A stretch of 59,120 nt of DNA, the filler included. It is 8 parts of 8 records of this genome, joined end to end, with 100 filler letters (N's around TTAATTAATTAA, not from the genome) between each part and the next. Parts side by side here need not be neighbours in the genome. Positions count along the whole stretch, not along the records: positions 18,461 to 26,285 come from SRR31147125_168502; positions 26,386 to 31,587 come from SRR31147125_168552; positions 31,688 to 40,484 come from SRR31147125_168603; 5 more parts are not named here. The stretch is one strand, 5' to 3'. This document shows positions 21,612 to 32,293 of the stretch, piece after piece. Under the pieces are notes generated by a model. That model was not told the origin of the DNA, made no database searches, and saw only the letters and a program-made list of their open reading frames with translations. Positions within the stretch are counted from its first letter, which is position 1; every line of letters begins with the position of its first letter. Position numbers and translations under genes: made by a program.

Positions 21612-24030
21612 ATGAAAACAGCAATACGACAATCCCTGGCCTGCCTTTTGATCCTTGCGGCCATGGCCCATTTCCTCGGGTGTTCGAGCCCGGAAGATAA
21701 AAAAGTCAAATTCATGGACAAGGGCGACCGGCTTTTTTCGGAACAGGCCTATGACCGGGCCAGGCTGGAATATAAAAACGCCCTCCAGATTGATCCTGAA
21801 TATGCACCTGCCTATCTGGGCCTGGGAAAGGTCATGATGAAACTCAAACAATTTAAAAACGCCTATCCCGCCTTTGCCAAGGCCGTTGAACTGGATCCGG
21901 AAAATATTGAGGCCCGGGTTGAACTGGGCCGGCTGCTTCTGGCCGGCCGGGCGGCAGACAAGGCAGGGGAACAGGCCGATGCCGTATTGGCAAAGGATCC
22001 GGACCATCTGAAAGGCAGCCTGCTCAAGGCCTCTGTCCATTATGTACAAAAAGCCTTTCCCCAGGGGGATGAGGTGCTTTTGGGCCTCTACCGGGACGGC
22101 CGGACGGATCCGGCACTGTATATGATGCTGGCCGCCAGTGCCAAGCGCCGGGGGGACATGGCCCAGGTGAACAATTACCTTGATGAGGGACTTGAACATT
22201 TCCCGGAAAATGTGGACCTGATGCTTCTGAGGGTCCAGAGGGATGCCCAGGAGAAACAATGGGACCGGGTGGAGGACGGTTTTAAAAAAAGTCATCAGCC
22301 TGAAGCCTGGGAGTCTCAAGTACCGGCTGAGCCTGGCCAAGGTGCTTTTGACCCGGAAGGAAACCCAAAAGGCCGAAGAAGTCCTGGACGCCGCTATGAC
22401 GCTTGAAAAAAATGAACCCGGGACCAGGATTGCCATCGCCCGTCTCTGGCTGGCTGCCCGCCAGGTTGATAAAGCCAGGGTTCTGCTGGAACAGGGGATT
22501 GAAACATTCCCAGACAACTTTGATTTCCGCCTGGCCCTGGCCCAGATCCATATGGGCACAAGGCAGGCGCAAAAGGCAGAGGACTGTCTGAGAAAGGCAT
22601 TGGAACTGGATCCGGATCCGGCCCACCCACAGATCATTAAAACCAAACTGGCCCTGGCGAAACTCCTCCTGGTCACCTCACGGGGCGCTGACGGAGAAAG
22701 TCTCATCGACCAGGTCCTTAAAGACGATCCCAAAAATCTGGACGGACATTTTATCAAGGGAAAGATTTTTTTAAGTAAAAAAGACGGGCGCAATGCCGTA
22801 ACCGAATTCAGGCTGGTGGTTCAGAAACGGCCTGAAGAACCCAAGGGGCATCTGAACCTGGCTGCGGCCCATCTGCTGAGCCAGGAGCCCGATCTGGCCA
22901 TGGAAGTGCTTAAATCCGCCAATAAGGCCATGCCTGAAAACAATGAACTCTTAACGGCCATGGCCAGACTCAACCTCATGAAAAAAGACCTGCCGGCTGC
23001 CGAGGAAAACCTGAAACAGGCCGTTGAAAATACGCCCAGGGCACTGGGTCCCAGAATCGCCCTGGGAGATTTCTATATGGCATCCAAAAATTTTGATAAA
23101 GCCCTGGCCCAATACCGGACAGCCAGGGACCACACCCCTGGCAAGCCAATAGGCTATCTAAAGGCGGCATCTGTGCTCGGGGCACAGGAACTGCACCAGG
23201 AAGCCATGGATGAACTGAGGCTCGGGTACGGCAGCAACCCCGACTCCGCCCCCATTATTTCCGGCCTGGCCAGGGGGTATCTGGCCATGAGAGAGCCGAA
23301 AAAGGCTGAAGCATTGTGCCGGGAGCGGCTGGATGCCAATCCCAAAGAGCCCTTTACCTGGAACCTTTTGGGGAATGTGCTTTTGGCAGGCAATAAGATG
23401 GACCAGGCCCTGACTGCATATGAAAAAGCGGCCGAACTCACCCCCCAATGGGATGCCCCATACGACAATATGGCACGGATATTCCTGGCCCGGGGGGAAA
23501 AAGAAAAAGCAGTGAAACGCTTCCATTCTGCCCTGGAAAAAAATCCCAAAAACATGGGCGCATGGATGGTGCTTGGCAGTATATACACCCGGGATAAAGA
23601 CCATGCCGCTGCAGCCCGGACCTATGAGCAGGCCTTTGAAAAAAACCCCCGGCTCTGGGCGGCGGCCAACAATTATGCCTTTACCATGAGCGAACACACC
23701 GATGATCCCGCAGCCCTGAACAAGGCCCTGGTCCATGCAAAAAAGGCCCTGGTCCTGAATCCCGGTTCCGGGGTCATCCTGGATACCCTGGGGTGGATCC
23801 AGTTTAAGCTGGGAGACACGGACCAGGCCCTGGAACATATTACCAAGGCCCTGGAGCAGCATCCGGACAGCGCTATTCTTAATTACCACATGGGGATGAT
23901 AAAGGACCGCCAGGGTAAGATCCTGGACGCCAAAAGCCATTTGGAAAAGAGCCTGGCCGGGGGAGAGGATTTTCCCGGGTCTGACCAGGCCAGACGCCGC
24001 CTGGCAGAATATGGGAGCCAGTCCGGTTAA
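21612..24030 (+). CDS. TPR-repeat lipoprotein, PrsT-like (PEP-CTERM system); frameshift in the A7 run at 22284-22290
   Basis: Lipobox FLGC, ARLEYKNALQIDP, many TPRs, C-terminal AANNYA...ILDTLGWI...LNYHMG. Confidence 0.82.
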
Positions 24031-24047
24031 CCCCCGAAGAGGTGAAT

Positions 24048-25150
24048 ATGCCCATTGTTTTTTTAGCCGGGGCCGGCTCGGACTTCATGGTGCTGGCCCC
24101 CATTGCCAGGGCCTTTGAGGCCTGCCCGGACATCGACTGTAAAACCGTTTATACCGACCGTTACCAGAACGGAAGAAGGGGCCGGGGCTTCTTTGATGAC
24201 ATGGGGCTGGGGGATCCGGACCTCATTCTCAATGCAGAAGGCCGGCCCCATGCCCGGCACACGGCCTCCGTGATGACGGCCTTTGAAGTGCTGTGCCGGG
24301 ATAGTTCCCCGGACCTTGTCCTGGTGGCCGGGGACGGGGACCCGGCCCTGGGTGCGGCCCTCACCGCCAGCAGGCTGGGCATCCGGGTGGCCCATGTGGA
24401 GGCAGGCCTGAGAAGCTTCAACCGTTCCCGCCGCCCCTGGGAAATCAATGGCCTGGCCATTGACGCCGTAAGCGATATCTTTTTCGTTACCGAACCCCAG
24501 GCCATGGTAAATTTAAAGAAGGAAAACCCGGCGGGGCCATCCATTATGTGGGCCAGCCCCTGGTGGACAGCCTGTACTACCGCCTGGGCCGCCTGGGCAA
24601 TATCCCCAAAGAACGGCTGAGCAGCACCCGCTTTAAATCCAGGGCCAGGGACTATGGGGTGGTGGACGTTACCCGGCCTGATATGGTGGATGATCCGGAA
24701 AGGCTTGCCGCTCTCATGGAGACCCTGGGCAGGGTGTCAAAGCGGATCAACCTGGTTTTCCCCATTTTATCCGGAATCCGGAAAAACCTGACCGCCTTTG
24801 ACATCCGCCCCTCCCCTGATATTTTCTTTCTGCCCGACCTCTCCCATCTGGCCTTTCTGGACCTGTGGAAAGACGCCTCCCTGGTACTCACGGATTCAGG
24901 ACGCCTCCAGGAGGAAACCTGCGCCCTGGGCATTCCCTGCCTGACCCTGGCAGACACCACGGAACGGTCGGCCACCGTCACCCTGGGCACCAATGAACTG
25001 GTGGGCTTCTCCCCTGAAAAAATCCTGGAACATGTGGATCTCGCTGTATCAGGGCAATGGAAACAGGGACGCCGTCCCGATTTCTGGGACGGGCTTTCCG
25101 CCCGGCGCATCGTGGAATTGATCATGATAAAAACATTTCGCTTCAATTAA
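24048..25150 (+). CDS. wecB: UDP-GlcNAc 2-epimerase (WecB) homolog with degenerate motifs; frameshift near 24533-24536
   Basis: PDLVLVAGD, VAHVEAGLRSFNR, VLTDSGRLQEET, IPCLTL..TTER..TV..GTNELVG, FWDG.SARRI. Confidence 0.75.
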
Positions 25151-25272
25151 ACTTCACCCCTGGCCACAAGGGGTTCGCGCCCCTCTTCATCTGTCTCAAA
25201 AAAAAAGTGATGTCCCCGGCGAAACCGGGAACACCACTCTGAAATAACAGCGTTCTTCTATTCTTTATAGAC

Positions 25273-26127
25273 TTAGCAGTCCTGTTTTCTTTTCCATCCC
25301 AGGAGACCCAGCAGGCCGGAGCCCAGCAGCCAGAAAGCGCCCGGTACCGGTACCGCCGCGACATCTGAAAAGGCATCGATTTCACCGCTGCCGCCTTCCA
25401 CCTTAATGTACTGAATCCAGGCAAATCCGGATTCCGCCAGATCAAAACCGGTTCCCCCACCGGACCCGTTATACATTTCTATGGCGTCAGCTGCAGAAAT
25501 TCCGCCGCCAACCAGGGTTGCGGCCAGTGTCGGATCCACAGGTTTGGTAAAGTCCATTTCATTGTCGGTCCAGGCTGCATTTTCCCGATCCCATTCAAAG
25601 GCCTGGGTGGGAAACGCGGTATCGCCAAAGGGGCCGTTTGTATAGGTATACCAGTCTTGGCCATCCTGACTCACCGAAACAATGACCTCTTCAAACCATC
25701 CGCCGCCGGCCAGGTTGTATTCATTCAGGTTGGTTTTATCAGTTACAGAGCCACTCCCAGTATAAAAGCCATTGCCGAAAACCAGAAAATCAAGGCCGAA
25801 TGGATTGTTCGGATCATCTTGGACCTGATGGTCGAATTTTACGGTAATATATCCCCCCGCTTCCACGCCGGCAATCACGTTATTGCCTTGAAGGTCTCTG
25901 TTGTAGGCCGGTTCCACCAGTTTAATCCGGGCTGAAGGTGAAGAGCCCCAGCTATTGGCAATCCGGAGAGTGGGCTTACCCAAAACAGCCTCAGGATCAG
26001 AATATAGGGGTGATCCATGAAACGGACCCTGGGAATCCACAGCTTCCGTGGCATAGGGACTGGCCCAGGCAAATGCAGGAACCAATAACAAAACAGACAG
26101 CAGGGTTAAAATTCGAAATGACTTCAA
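25273..26127 (-). CDS. PEP-CTERM/VPLPA-CTERM surface protein (GGYITVKFDH...DFLVFGN domain)
   Basis: TTG start at 26127 after an AAGGAG RBS; signal peptide PAFAWA; C-terminal VPVPGAFWLLGSGLLGLLGWKRK. Confidence 0.85.
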   Translation of the reverse strand: MKSFRILTLLSVLLLVPAFAWASPYATEAVDSQGPFHGSPLYSDPEAVLGKPTLRIANSWGSSPSARIKLVEPAYNRDLQGNNVIAGVEAGGYITVKFDHQVQDDPNNPFGLDFLVFGNGFYTGSGSVTDKTNLNEYNLAGGGWFEEVIVSVSQDGQDWYTYTNGPFGDTAFPTQAFEWDRENAAWTDNEMDFTKPVDPTLAATLVGGGISAADAIEMYNGSGGGTGFDLAESGFAWIQYIKVEGGSGEIDAFSDVAAVPVPGAFWLLGSGLLGLLGWKRKQDC

Positions 26128-26159
26128 TGGTCTTCTCCTTTGCTTACTATATAAATTAG

Positions 26160-26238
26160 TGAGGCAACCCGGCGGTCTCGGGAAAAAGAAGATCCGTGGC
26201 TTTCCGACCCCGCCTCGCAACGGGTGTGGCTTTTTCAA
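26160..26238 (-). ncRNA. c-di-GMP-I (GEMM) riboswitch, second copy
   Basis: Minus strand GCCACACCCGTT-GCGA-GGCGGGGTCGGAAAGCCACGGATCTT...GAGACCGCCGGGTTGCC, near-identical to the copy at 21255-21340. Confidence 0.88.
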
Positions 26239-26385
26239 TTAATGCCGATTATAAAGATCTTTTCGAATACATGCTTAGACTTTTTNNNNNNNNNNNNNNN
26301 NNNNNNNNNNNNNNNNNNNNNNNNNNNNNTTAATTAATTAANNNNNNNNNNNNNNNNNNNNNNNNNNNNNNNNNNNNNNNNNNNN

Positions 26386-26606
26386 TCCCCTCCGGAGACA
26401 ACAACGCCATCTATAAAATTCTTGCGCTGCTCCAATTCTCCAAGAATCTGCTCCAAAGGGAAATCGGGATACTGGTCCGAGTCAAGAACCAACCCGGGGT
26501 TATGACAGAAGGGACAGGTCAGGTTGCACCCGCCAAAAAAAACAAGGGAAGAGATTTTTCCCGGAAAATCGAGCAGACTGGTGCCCTGAAAACCTTTAAT
26601 CGCCAT
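26386..26606 (-). CDS. nrdG: Anaerobic RNR activating radical SAM enzyme (3' truncated)
   Basis: IKGFQGTSLLDFPG...GCNLTCPFCHN...IDGVVVSGG. Confidence 0.9.
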
Positions 26607-26754
26607 TCTCTCCCAGCGCCTGAGAGGAATTCAGAACGAATTCACGCCGCTCCTGAAACTCTTCTTTTTTGCCTTTATTCCACTGCTGAACGGGCCGAAA
26701 AAAACCGCACACTCTGGAATAAACTTCTGTTTTTTCACTACATTTTTTTGCCAT
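26596..26754 (-). CDS. Stand-alone glycyl-radical C-terminal segment of class III RNR (52 aa)
   Basis: MAKKCSEKTEVYSRVCGFFRPVQQWNKGKKEEFQERREF; own GGGGGAG RBS. Confidence 0.85.
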   Translation of the reverse strand: MAKKCSEKTEVYSRVCGFFRPVQQWNKGKKEEFQERREFVLNSSQALGENGD

Positions 26755-26799
26755 TACTCTCCCCCCAATTAAATAATAAAGCAACAATTTGAATAATTT

Positions 26800-28789
26800 T
26801 TAAGCGGCCTGCCAGTCCTGATCGTTGGGACAGGAAAAATGTTCACCCGGGATGTAACCATGCACCGGACAGATGGTAAATGTCGGGCTGATAGTGAAGT
26901 AAGGAAGATGAAAATTTTCGGCAATGCGCTTGACCAGAATACGAGCGCTGCGCCAGTCTTCAAGGCGCTCACCAAGAAATCCATGAAACACGGTTCCTCC
27001 GGTGTAGAGGGCCTGGAGCGGATCCTGGTGGTTAAGAGCTTCAAAAATATCATCGGTGGAACCGACCGGTAGATGGGTTGAATTGGTATAGTAAGGTTCC
27101 CCACGCCCGGCGGTCTGGATATCAGGGTGAATCTGGCGGTCCTTGTTGGCCAACCGGAAACTGGTCCCTTCGCCCGGGGTGGCTTCGAGGTTGAACAGAC
27201 TCCCGGCCTCCTCCTGAAACACTTCGAGCTGTTTGCGCATGAAGTAAAGTGTTTCCGTGGCCAGCCCATGCCCGTCCTCGGTCTCAATGCCTGAGCCGAT
27301 AAGATTCTGGCAGGCTTCGTTCATGCCGATCAGCCCGATGGTCGAAAAGTGGTTGTCCCAATACTGCCCTCGCTGCGACCGGACATCACTCAAGTAAAAA
27401 CGGCTGAAAGGATAGAGGCCGTCCTCGGTAAAGCGTTCGAGTTGTTTCCGCTTGATAATCAGGGATTCAGCAGCCAGCTTCATCAACTCGCCGATACGAC
27501 CAAAGAATTCATCCTTGCTGCTGGAGGTATAAGCGGCACGGGGCAGGTTGAGAGTGACCACTCCGATCGAACCGGTCAACGGATTGGATCCGAAAAAGAC
27601 CTCCCCCGCGGCGCCTTAGTTCACGGTTGTCGAGACGCAGGCGGCAACACATGGAACGGGCATCCTCGGGGTCCATGTCGGAATTGACGAAATTACTGAA
27701 ATAAGGGATGCCGTATTTGGCTGTCATCTCCCAGATCGGCTGGAAGCGCGGGCTGCTCCAGTCAAGTTCCGAAGTGATGTTGTAAGTCGGAATCGGGAAG
27801 GAGAAAATCCGCCCGGAGAAATCCCCCTGCATCATCACCTCACAAAAGGCCCGGTTGAACAGATCCATCTCAGCCTGAAAATCCCCGTAGCACTCATCCA
27901 TAAGCATGCCGCCGATAATCACAGCTTCATTGGCCATATTCCGCGGCGGGGTCATATCGAAAGTAACATTGGTGAAAGGGGTCTGAAAACCGACTCGGGT
28001 CGGTACGTTCATATTGAAAATGAATTCCTGGACCGCCTGCTTGACTTCGGAATAGCTGAGCTTGTCATAACGGATAAAAGGCGCCAGCAGAGTGTCGAAA
28101 TTGGCAAAAGCCTGAGCCCCGGCGGCCTCTCCCTGCAGGGTATAGAAAAAGTTGACAGCCTGGCCCAGGGCCGTTCGGAAATGGCGCGGAGGCGCACTCT
28201 GAACCTTTCCGTAGGCACCGGCAAAACCTTTAAAGAGAAGATCCTTAAGATCCCAGCCGCAGCAATAAACCGACAACATGCCGAGGTCGTGGATATGAAA
28301 ATCCCCCTCCTTGTGCGCTTCGGCAAGGTAGTCGGGATAGATCTTGTTGAGCCAGTAATTGCTGGTAATATTGGAAGCGATGTGGTTGTTCAGTCCCTGC
28401 AGCGAGTAGCCCATATTGGCGTTTTCGTTGACCCGCCAGTCCTCCTGCGTCAGATAGGAGTCGATCGCCTCGATCGACTTTTTCATGAACTCCCGGGTTT
28501 CGCGCAGGGCCTCGTGTTGTTTACGGTAGAGAATGTAGGACTTGGCCACCTTGGCATGGCCGTTTTCAATCAAACATTTCTCGACCAGATCCTGAACGTT
28601 TTCTACGGTAGGTATGCGTTCGTCTTTATAAAAAACCTCGAGAATCCCAACCACCTGGCGGGAAATCTCCCGAGCTTTTTCCAGATCCTGGCCTCCGACC
28701 GCACGCACGGCCTTAATGATGGCTTCGGCAATATTGTTTTCCTCAAAAGGTACGAGTCGACCATCTCTTTTGCGGATAAACTGAAGCAT
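26800..28789 (-). CDS. nrdD: Class III anaerobic ribonucleoside-triphosphate reductase large subunit with ATP cone (frameshift in the run at 27593-27597)
   Basis: IRKRDGRLVPF ATP cone, DWRVNENAN, HIHDL, YCCGW, RSMCCRL, NLEATPGEG, YTGGTVFH, CPVHGY..GEH..CP. Confidence 0.94.
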
Positions 28790-28888
28790 ACCGGGCCTCC
28801 ATCAGGATAAAAATGGCTTGCATGTTCCACAGGACCGTGGTCAATTGTTGAATACTCTAGCATAGTAATTTTCAGAGTCAAGACTAAA

Positions 28889-28947
28889 AGCACTAGATAT
28901 TGTTTTTGCAAATATTGTCACCACAACATATTGTTAATATGTTGTGG
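28889..28947. promoter_or_regulatory. Tandem NrdR boxes upstream of nrdD
   Basis: AGCACTAGATATTGTT (28889-904) and ACCACAACATATTGTT (28920-935), 31 bp apart, match acaCwAtATaTwGtg; a third inverted copy completes a 12-bp inverted repeat (28921-947). Confidence 0.8.
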
Positions 28948-28953
28948 GCAGTC

Positions 28954-28962
28954 TGTGGATAA
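28954..28962. promoter_or_regulatory. DnaA box
   Basis: TGTGGATAA is the reverse complement of the consensus TTATCCACA, in the nrdD upstream region. Confidence 0.55.
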
Positions 28963-29050
28963 CCAGGGGATTCTTTGTGCATAGCAAATAACTTGATTTG
29001 TTAACTATCCTGTGCTAAACGACAAAAAACATTCAACTTTGTGAGGTGCC

Positions 29051-29470
29051 ATGTCCGACCTGACTCGTTTTGGAATATCCATTGATGATCGGTTACTGAA
29101 ACTTTTTGATGAGCTGATTTCAAATAAAGGCTATGTCAACCGTTCGGAAGCAATCCGTGACCTTATCCGCAAGGCTCTGGTGGAAGAACAGGCCACCAAC
29201 GAAGAAGAAGAAATAATCGGAACCATTACCCTGGTTTATAATCATCACACCCGGGAGCTTGCTGAAAATCTGACTGACCGCCAACATTCCCATCATGAAT
29301 CGGTCCTTTCCGCCCTTCATGTCCACCTTGATGCGGAAAACTGCCTGGAAGTCATTGTCGTCAAAGGCAAGGCGAATACCGTGCGACACCTCGCCGACGG
29401 CCTGATCGGAACCCGAGGCGTCAAACACGGTAAACTGGTAACCACTACTACCGGTAGAGACCTCCTCTGA
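29051..29470 (+). CDS. nikR: Nickel-responsive regulator
   Basis: [12 protein letters not shown] strand, [20 protein letters not shown]...LHVHLD..NCLEV. Confidence 0.96.
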   Translation: MSDLTRFGISIDDRLLKLFDELISNKGYVNRSEAIRDLIRKALVEEQATNEEEEIIGTITLVYNHHTRELAENLTDRQHSHHESVLSALHVHLDAENCLEVIVVKGKANTVRHLADGLIGTRGVKHGKLVTTTTGRDLL

Positions 29471-29612
29471 TCAATCCTGAGCTTTTCTTAAGGCCCTTAT
29501 GTCGCCCTCTTGGTAGCACGTTTTTAAAATTTTTATTCTTTTGTTGCTATTAAAATTATTTTTTGGTATTAATCCTCCTGCTTTTTTATTTTTTTATTAC
29601 GGGAGGATGAAA

Positions 29613-30392
29613 ATGAAAAAACATCTTTTGTTAAGTCTAACTATTTCCCTGCTTTCTCTTGCCATGACTACCCCGACTCTGGCGCATTTTGGAATGCTCA
29701 TTCCTTCTGACTCCATGGTCATGCAAAATGATCCTCGGACCCTTAAAATTGAGGCCTCTTTCTCCCATCCTTTTGAAGGAATCGGGATGATCCTTGAAAA
29801 ACCAAAGGTATTCAACGTGCTGAGCAACGGCGAAACAAGCAGCCTCCTGGATAGTCTTAAAGAAATCAAAGTCATGGATCAGAAAGCTTGGGAACTAGAT
29901 TACAAAATAAAACGTCCCGGTATTTATCAGTTCTATATGGAACCTCAACCTTACTGGGAGCCGGCTGAGGACTGTTTCATCATCCATTACACCAAAACTC
30001 TGGTTGCTGCATTCGGTGACGAGGAAGGCTGGGATGAAGAAATCGGTCTTAAAACCGAGATCGTTCCCCTTACCCGCCCAGTCGGGCTCTACGCCGGCAA
30101 TGTGTTTCAGGGGGTTGTTAAGCTTGACGGCAAAGCAGTGCCATTTGCTGAGGTGGAAATTGAATATTACAATCGGGATGGTTCCGCGGCAGCGCCAAGC
30201 GATTATATGATCACCCAAGTTGTCAAGGCAGATACCAATGGAGTTTTCACTTATGCCGTCCCCAAGGCCGGATGGTGGGGATTTGCGGCATTGAATACGG
30301 CTGATGAAAAAATAAAGCTGGAAGGGGTTGAAAAAGATGTGGAACTGGGTGCGGTCCTGTGGTTAGAATTTGTGGACTGGCTAACCCGATAA
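29613..30392 (+). CDS. DUF4198 periplasmic Ni/Co uptake protein
   Basis: Signal peptide ending [41 protein letters not shown]. Confidence 0.85.
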   Translation: MKKHLLLSLTISLLSLAMTTPTLAHFGMLIPSDSMVMQNDPRTLKIEASFSHPFEGIGMILEKPKVFNVLSNGETSSLLDSLKEIKVMDQKAWELDYKIKRPGIYQFYMEPQPYWEPAEDCFIIHYTKTLVAAFGDEEGWDEEIGLKTEIVPLTRPVGLYAGNVFQGVVKLDGKAVPFAEVEIEYYNRDGSAAAPSDYMITQVVKADTNGVFTYAVPKAGWWGFAALNTADEKIKLEGVEKDVELGAVLWLEFVDWLTR

Positions 30393-30489
30393 ATATTCTC
30401 TCTGTTCCGGAAGTAATCAAATTAACCAGTATGCTGGAACTTCTTTTAAACCGGACCATACATCGACTTTCAGGCACCAGGACATATTA

Positions 30490-31086
30490 ATGCACATTTC
30501 CGAAGGGGTTCTTTCCGGCCCGGTACTCATTACCGGGATGGTTCTGGCTGCAGCCGGCACAGGGATCGGACTGAAAAAACTCGATTTTGACCGCATCGGA
30601 CAGGCCGGAATACTATCCGCCTCCTTTTTCGTCGCTTCCCTGGTTCATGTCCCCCTCGGCCCTTCCAATGTCCACCTGATCATGAACGGGATGGTCGGCC
30701 TCCTCCTCGGCTGGAGCGCCTTCCCGGCCATACTGGTCGCCCTGACTCTCCAGGCCATTCTTTTTCAGTATGGGGGGATCACCACCCTGGGCATCAACAC
30801 AGTCATCATGGCCCTGCCCGCGGTTGTCGGTCATCACGCATTCAGGGGAATCGTCCGGGTAAATCCCAAAGCTTTTCTTCCCGCTGCCTTTATCACCGGG
30901 GCTCTGGCTGTACTCCTGGCAGGTGGCCTGGCCGCCCTGGCCCTGATATCCGCCAGCGAAAATTTTCTGGAAGCGGCCATCCTGCTCGCCACGGCACACC
31001 TTCCCGTCATGATTATTGAAGGGATTATAACCGCTTTCTGTGTCGGCTTCCTGAAGAAGGTACAGTCCGGAGTCATACCCGTTTAA
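30490..31086 (+). CDS. cbiM: ECF Ni/Co transporter substrate-binding membrane component (CbiM/NikM)
   Basis: MHISEGVL N-terminus, FFVASLVHVP, QAILFQYGGITTLGIN, HLPVMIIEG. Confidence 0.92.
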   Translation: MHISEGVLSGPVLITGMVLAAAGTGIGLKKLDFDRIGQAGILSASFFVASLVHVPLGPSNVHLIMNGMVGLLLGWSAFPAILVALTLQAILFQYGGITTLGINTVIMALPAVVGHHAFRGIVRVNPKAFLPAAFITGALAVLLAGGLAALALISASENFLEAAILLATAHLPVMIIEGIITAFCVGFLKKVQSGVIPV

Positions 31087-31102
31087 TCCGGAGAGATTGA
31101 CA

Positions 31103-31587
31103 ATGCTCGACCAAAAAACTACAGACTGCTGGCAACTCTTCCTGATCATGATTTTTTCGACACTTCTGCTGCTGGCCCCTTCCCCGTCCCAGGCTCATCG
31201 CGTCACCATCTTTGCCTGGGTGGATGGGGACACCATTCATACGGAGAGTAAATTTGGCGCCGGACAGAAGGTTCGGGGTGGTGAGGTATTGGTTATGGAC
31301 AAAGCGGGAAACCAACTCCTGGCGGGAAAAACTGATGACAACGGCGAGTTCTCATTTCCTGTCCCGCGGAAAACCGCTTTAAAAATCGTCCTCGACGCCA
31401 CCATGGGCCACCGGGCCGAATGGTTCATTCCGCTCAGCGAAATTATTGGGACTGACGAGAGCGCCAGCACAACAGTTGAACAGTCGCCCGATGCGCCAGC
31501 GCCTGCGACAGCGACCACTTCGGTACAAGAAATCGAAAGTATCGTGGAGAAAGTTCTGGAGCGCAAGCTCGCACCCTCAACCGCATG
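31103..31587 (+). CDS. CbiL/NikL-like accessory periplasmic component (3' truncated)
   Basis: Signal peptide, AHRVTIFAWVDG, GKTDDNGEFSF, MGHRAEW; follows cbiM. Confidence 0.75.
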
Positions 31588-31687
31588 NNNNNNNNNNNNN
31601 NNNNNNNNNNNNNNNNNNNNNNNNNNNNNNNTTAATTAATTAANNNNNNNNNNNNNNNNNNNNNNNNNNNNNNNNNNNNNNNNNNNN

Positions 31688-32279
31688 GGGGAAGCTGAAG
31701 GAAGACACCGCCATCGGCGTCGTATTCACCGGATTCTTTGCCCTCGGCATATTGATGCTGAGCCGAGTGGCCACTTTTACAGATCTGAGCCACATCCTGT
31801 TCGGCAACATCTTGGGAGTGACCCGGCAGGATCTCGTCCTGATGGCTATCGTCACTGTCGTGGTTGTCCTGGTGACTTTCTTCTCTTTTAAGGAAATCGT
31901 CACCGCTTCGTTTGATCCGGCTCATTCCACAGCCATCGGTCTGTCGCCCTCCCTGGTTCGCTACATCGTTCTGGCCATGCTGGCCCTCACCACCGTGGTG
32001 GCCATCCAGACCATCGGCGTGGTTCTGGTTCTAGCCCTCCTGGTAACCCCGGGGGCGGCGGCATCTCTGGTCTCCCGCAGGCTGCGTAACATCATCCTTC
32101 TCTCTCTGTTTCTGGCCGCCGCAGCGACGATCATCGGTTATTACGCATCGTACTATCTGGATCTGTCCTCCGGTCCTTCGATCGTCCTGGCCCTGACAAT
32201 CGAGTTCCTCGTCTGCAGTGTGATAGGCTGGGCGAAACGTCTGCGCAGAACATCCCCGTCCGGCACCCGTTCAGAATAG
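31688..32279 (+). CDS. Mn/Zn/Fe ABC transporter permease (5' truncated)
   Basis: LKEDTAIGVVFTGFFALG, DLSHILFGNILG, SFDP, IGVVLVLALLVTPGAAA. Confidence 0.9.
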
Positions 32280-32293
32280 GGAACAGCGTACCA

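Noticed and set aside
26128-26238. N-terminal extension MKKPHPLRGG... of the 321-aa ORF
   Set aside because: It is translated riboswitch sequence; the RBS and signal peptide support the TTG start at 26127.
29513-29570. Possible NikR operator (GTAGCAC ... TTGCTAT) upstream of the DUF4198 gene
   Set aside because: Plausible by context, but I could not fit half-sites with convincing spacing, so it is not called.
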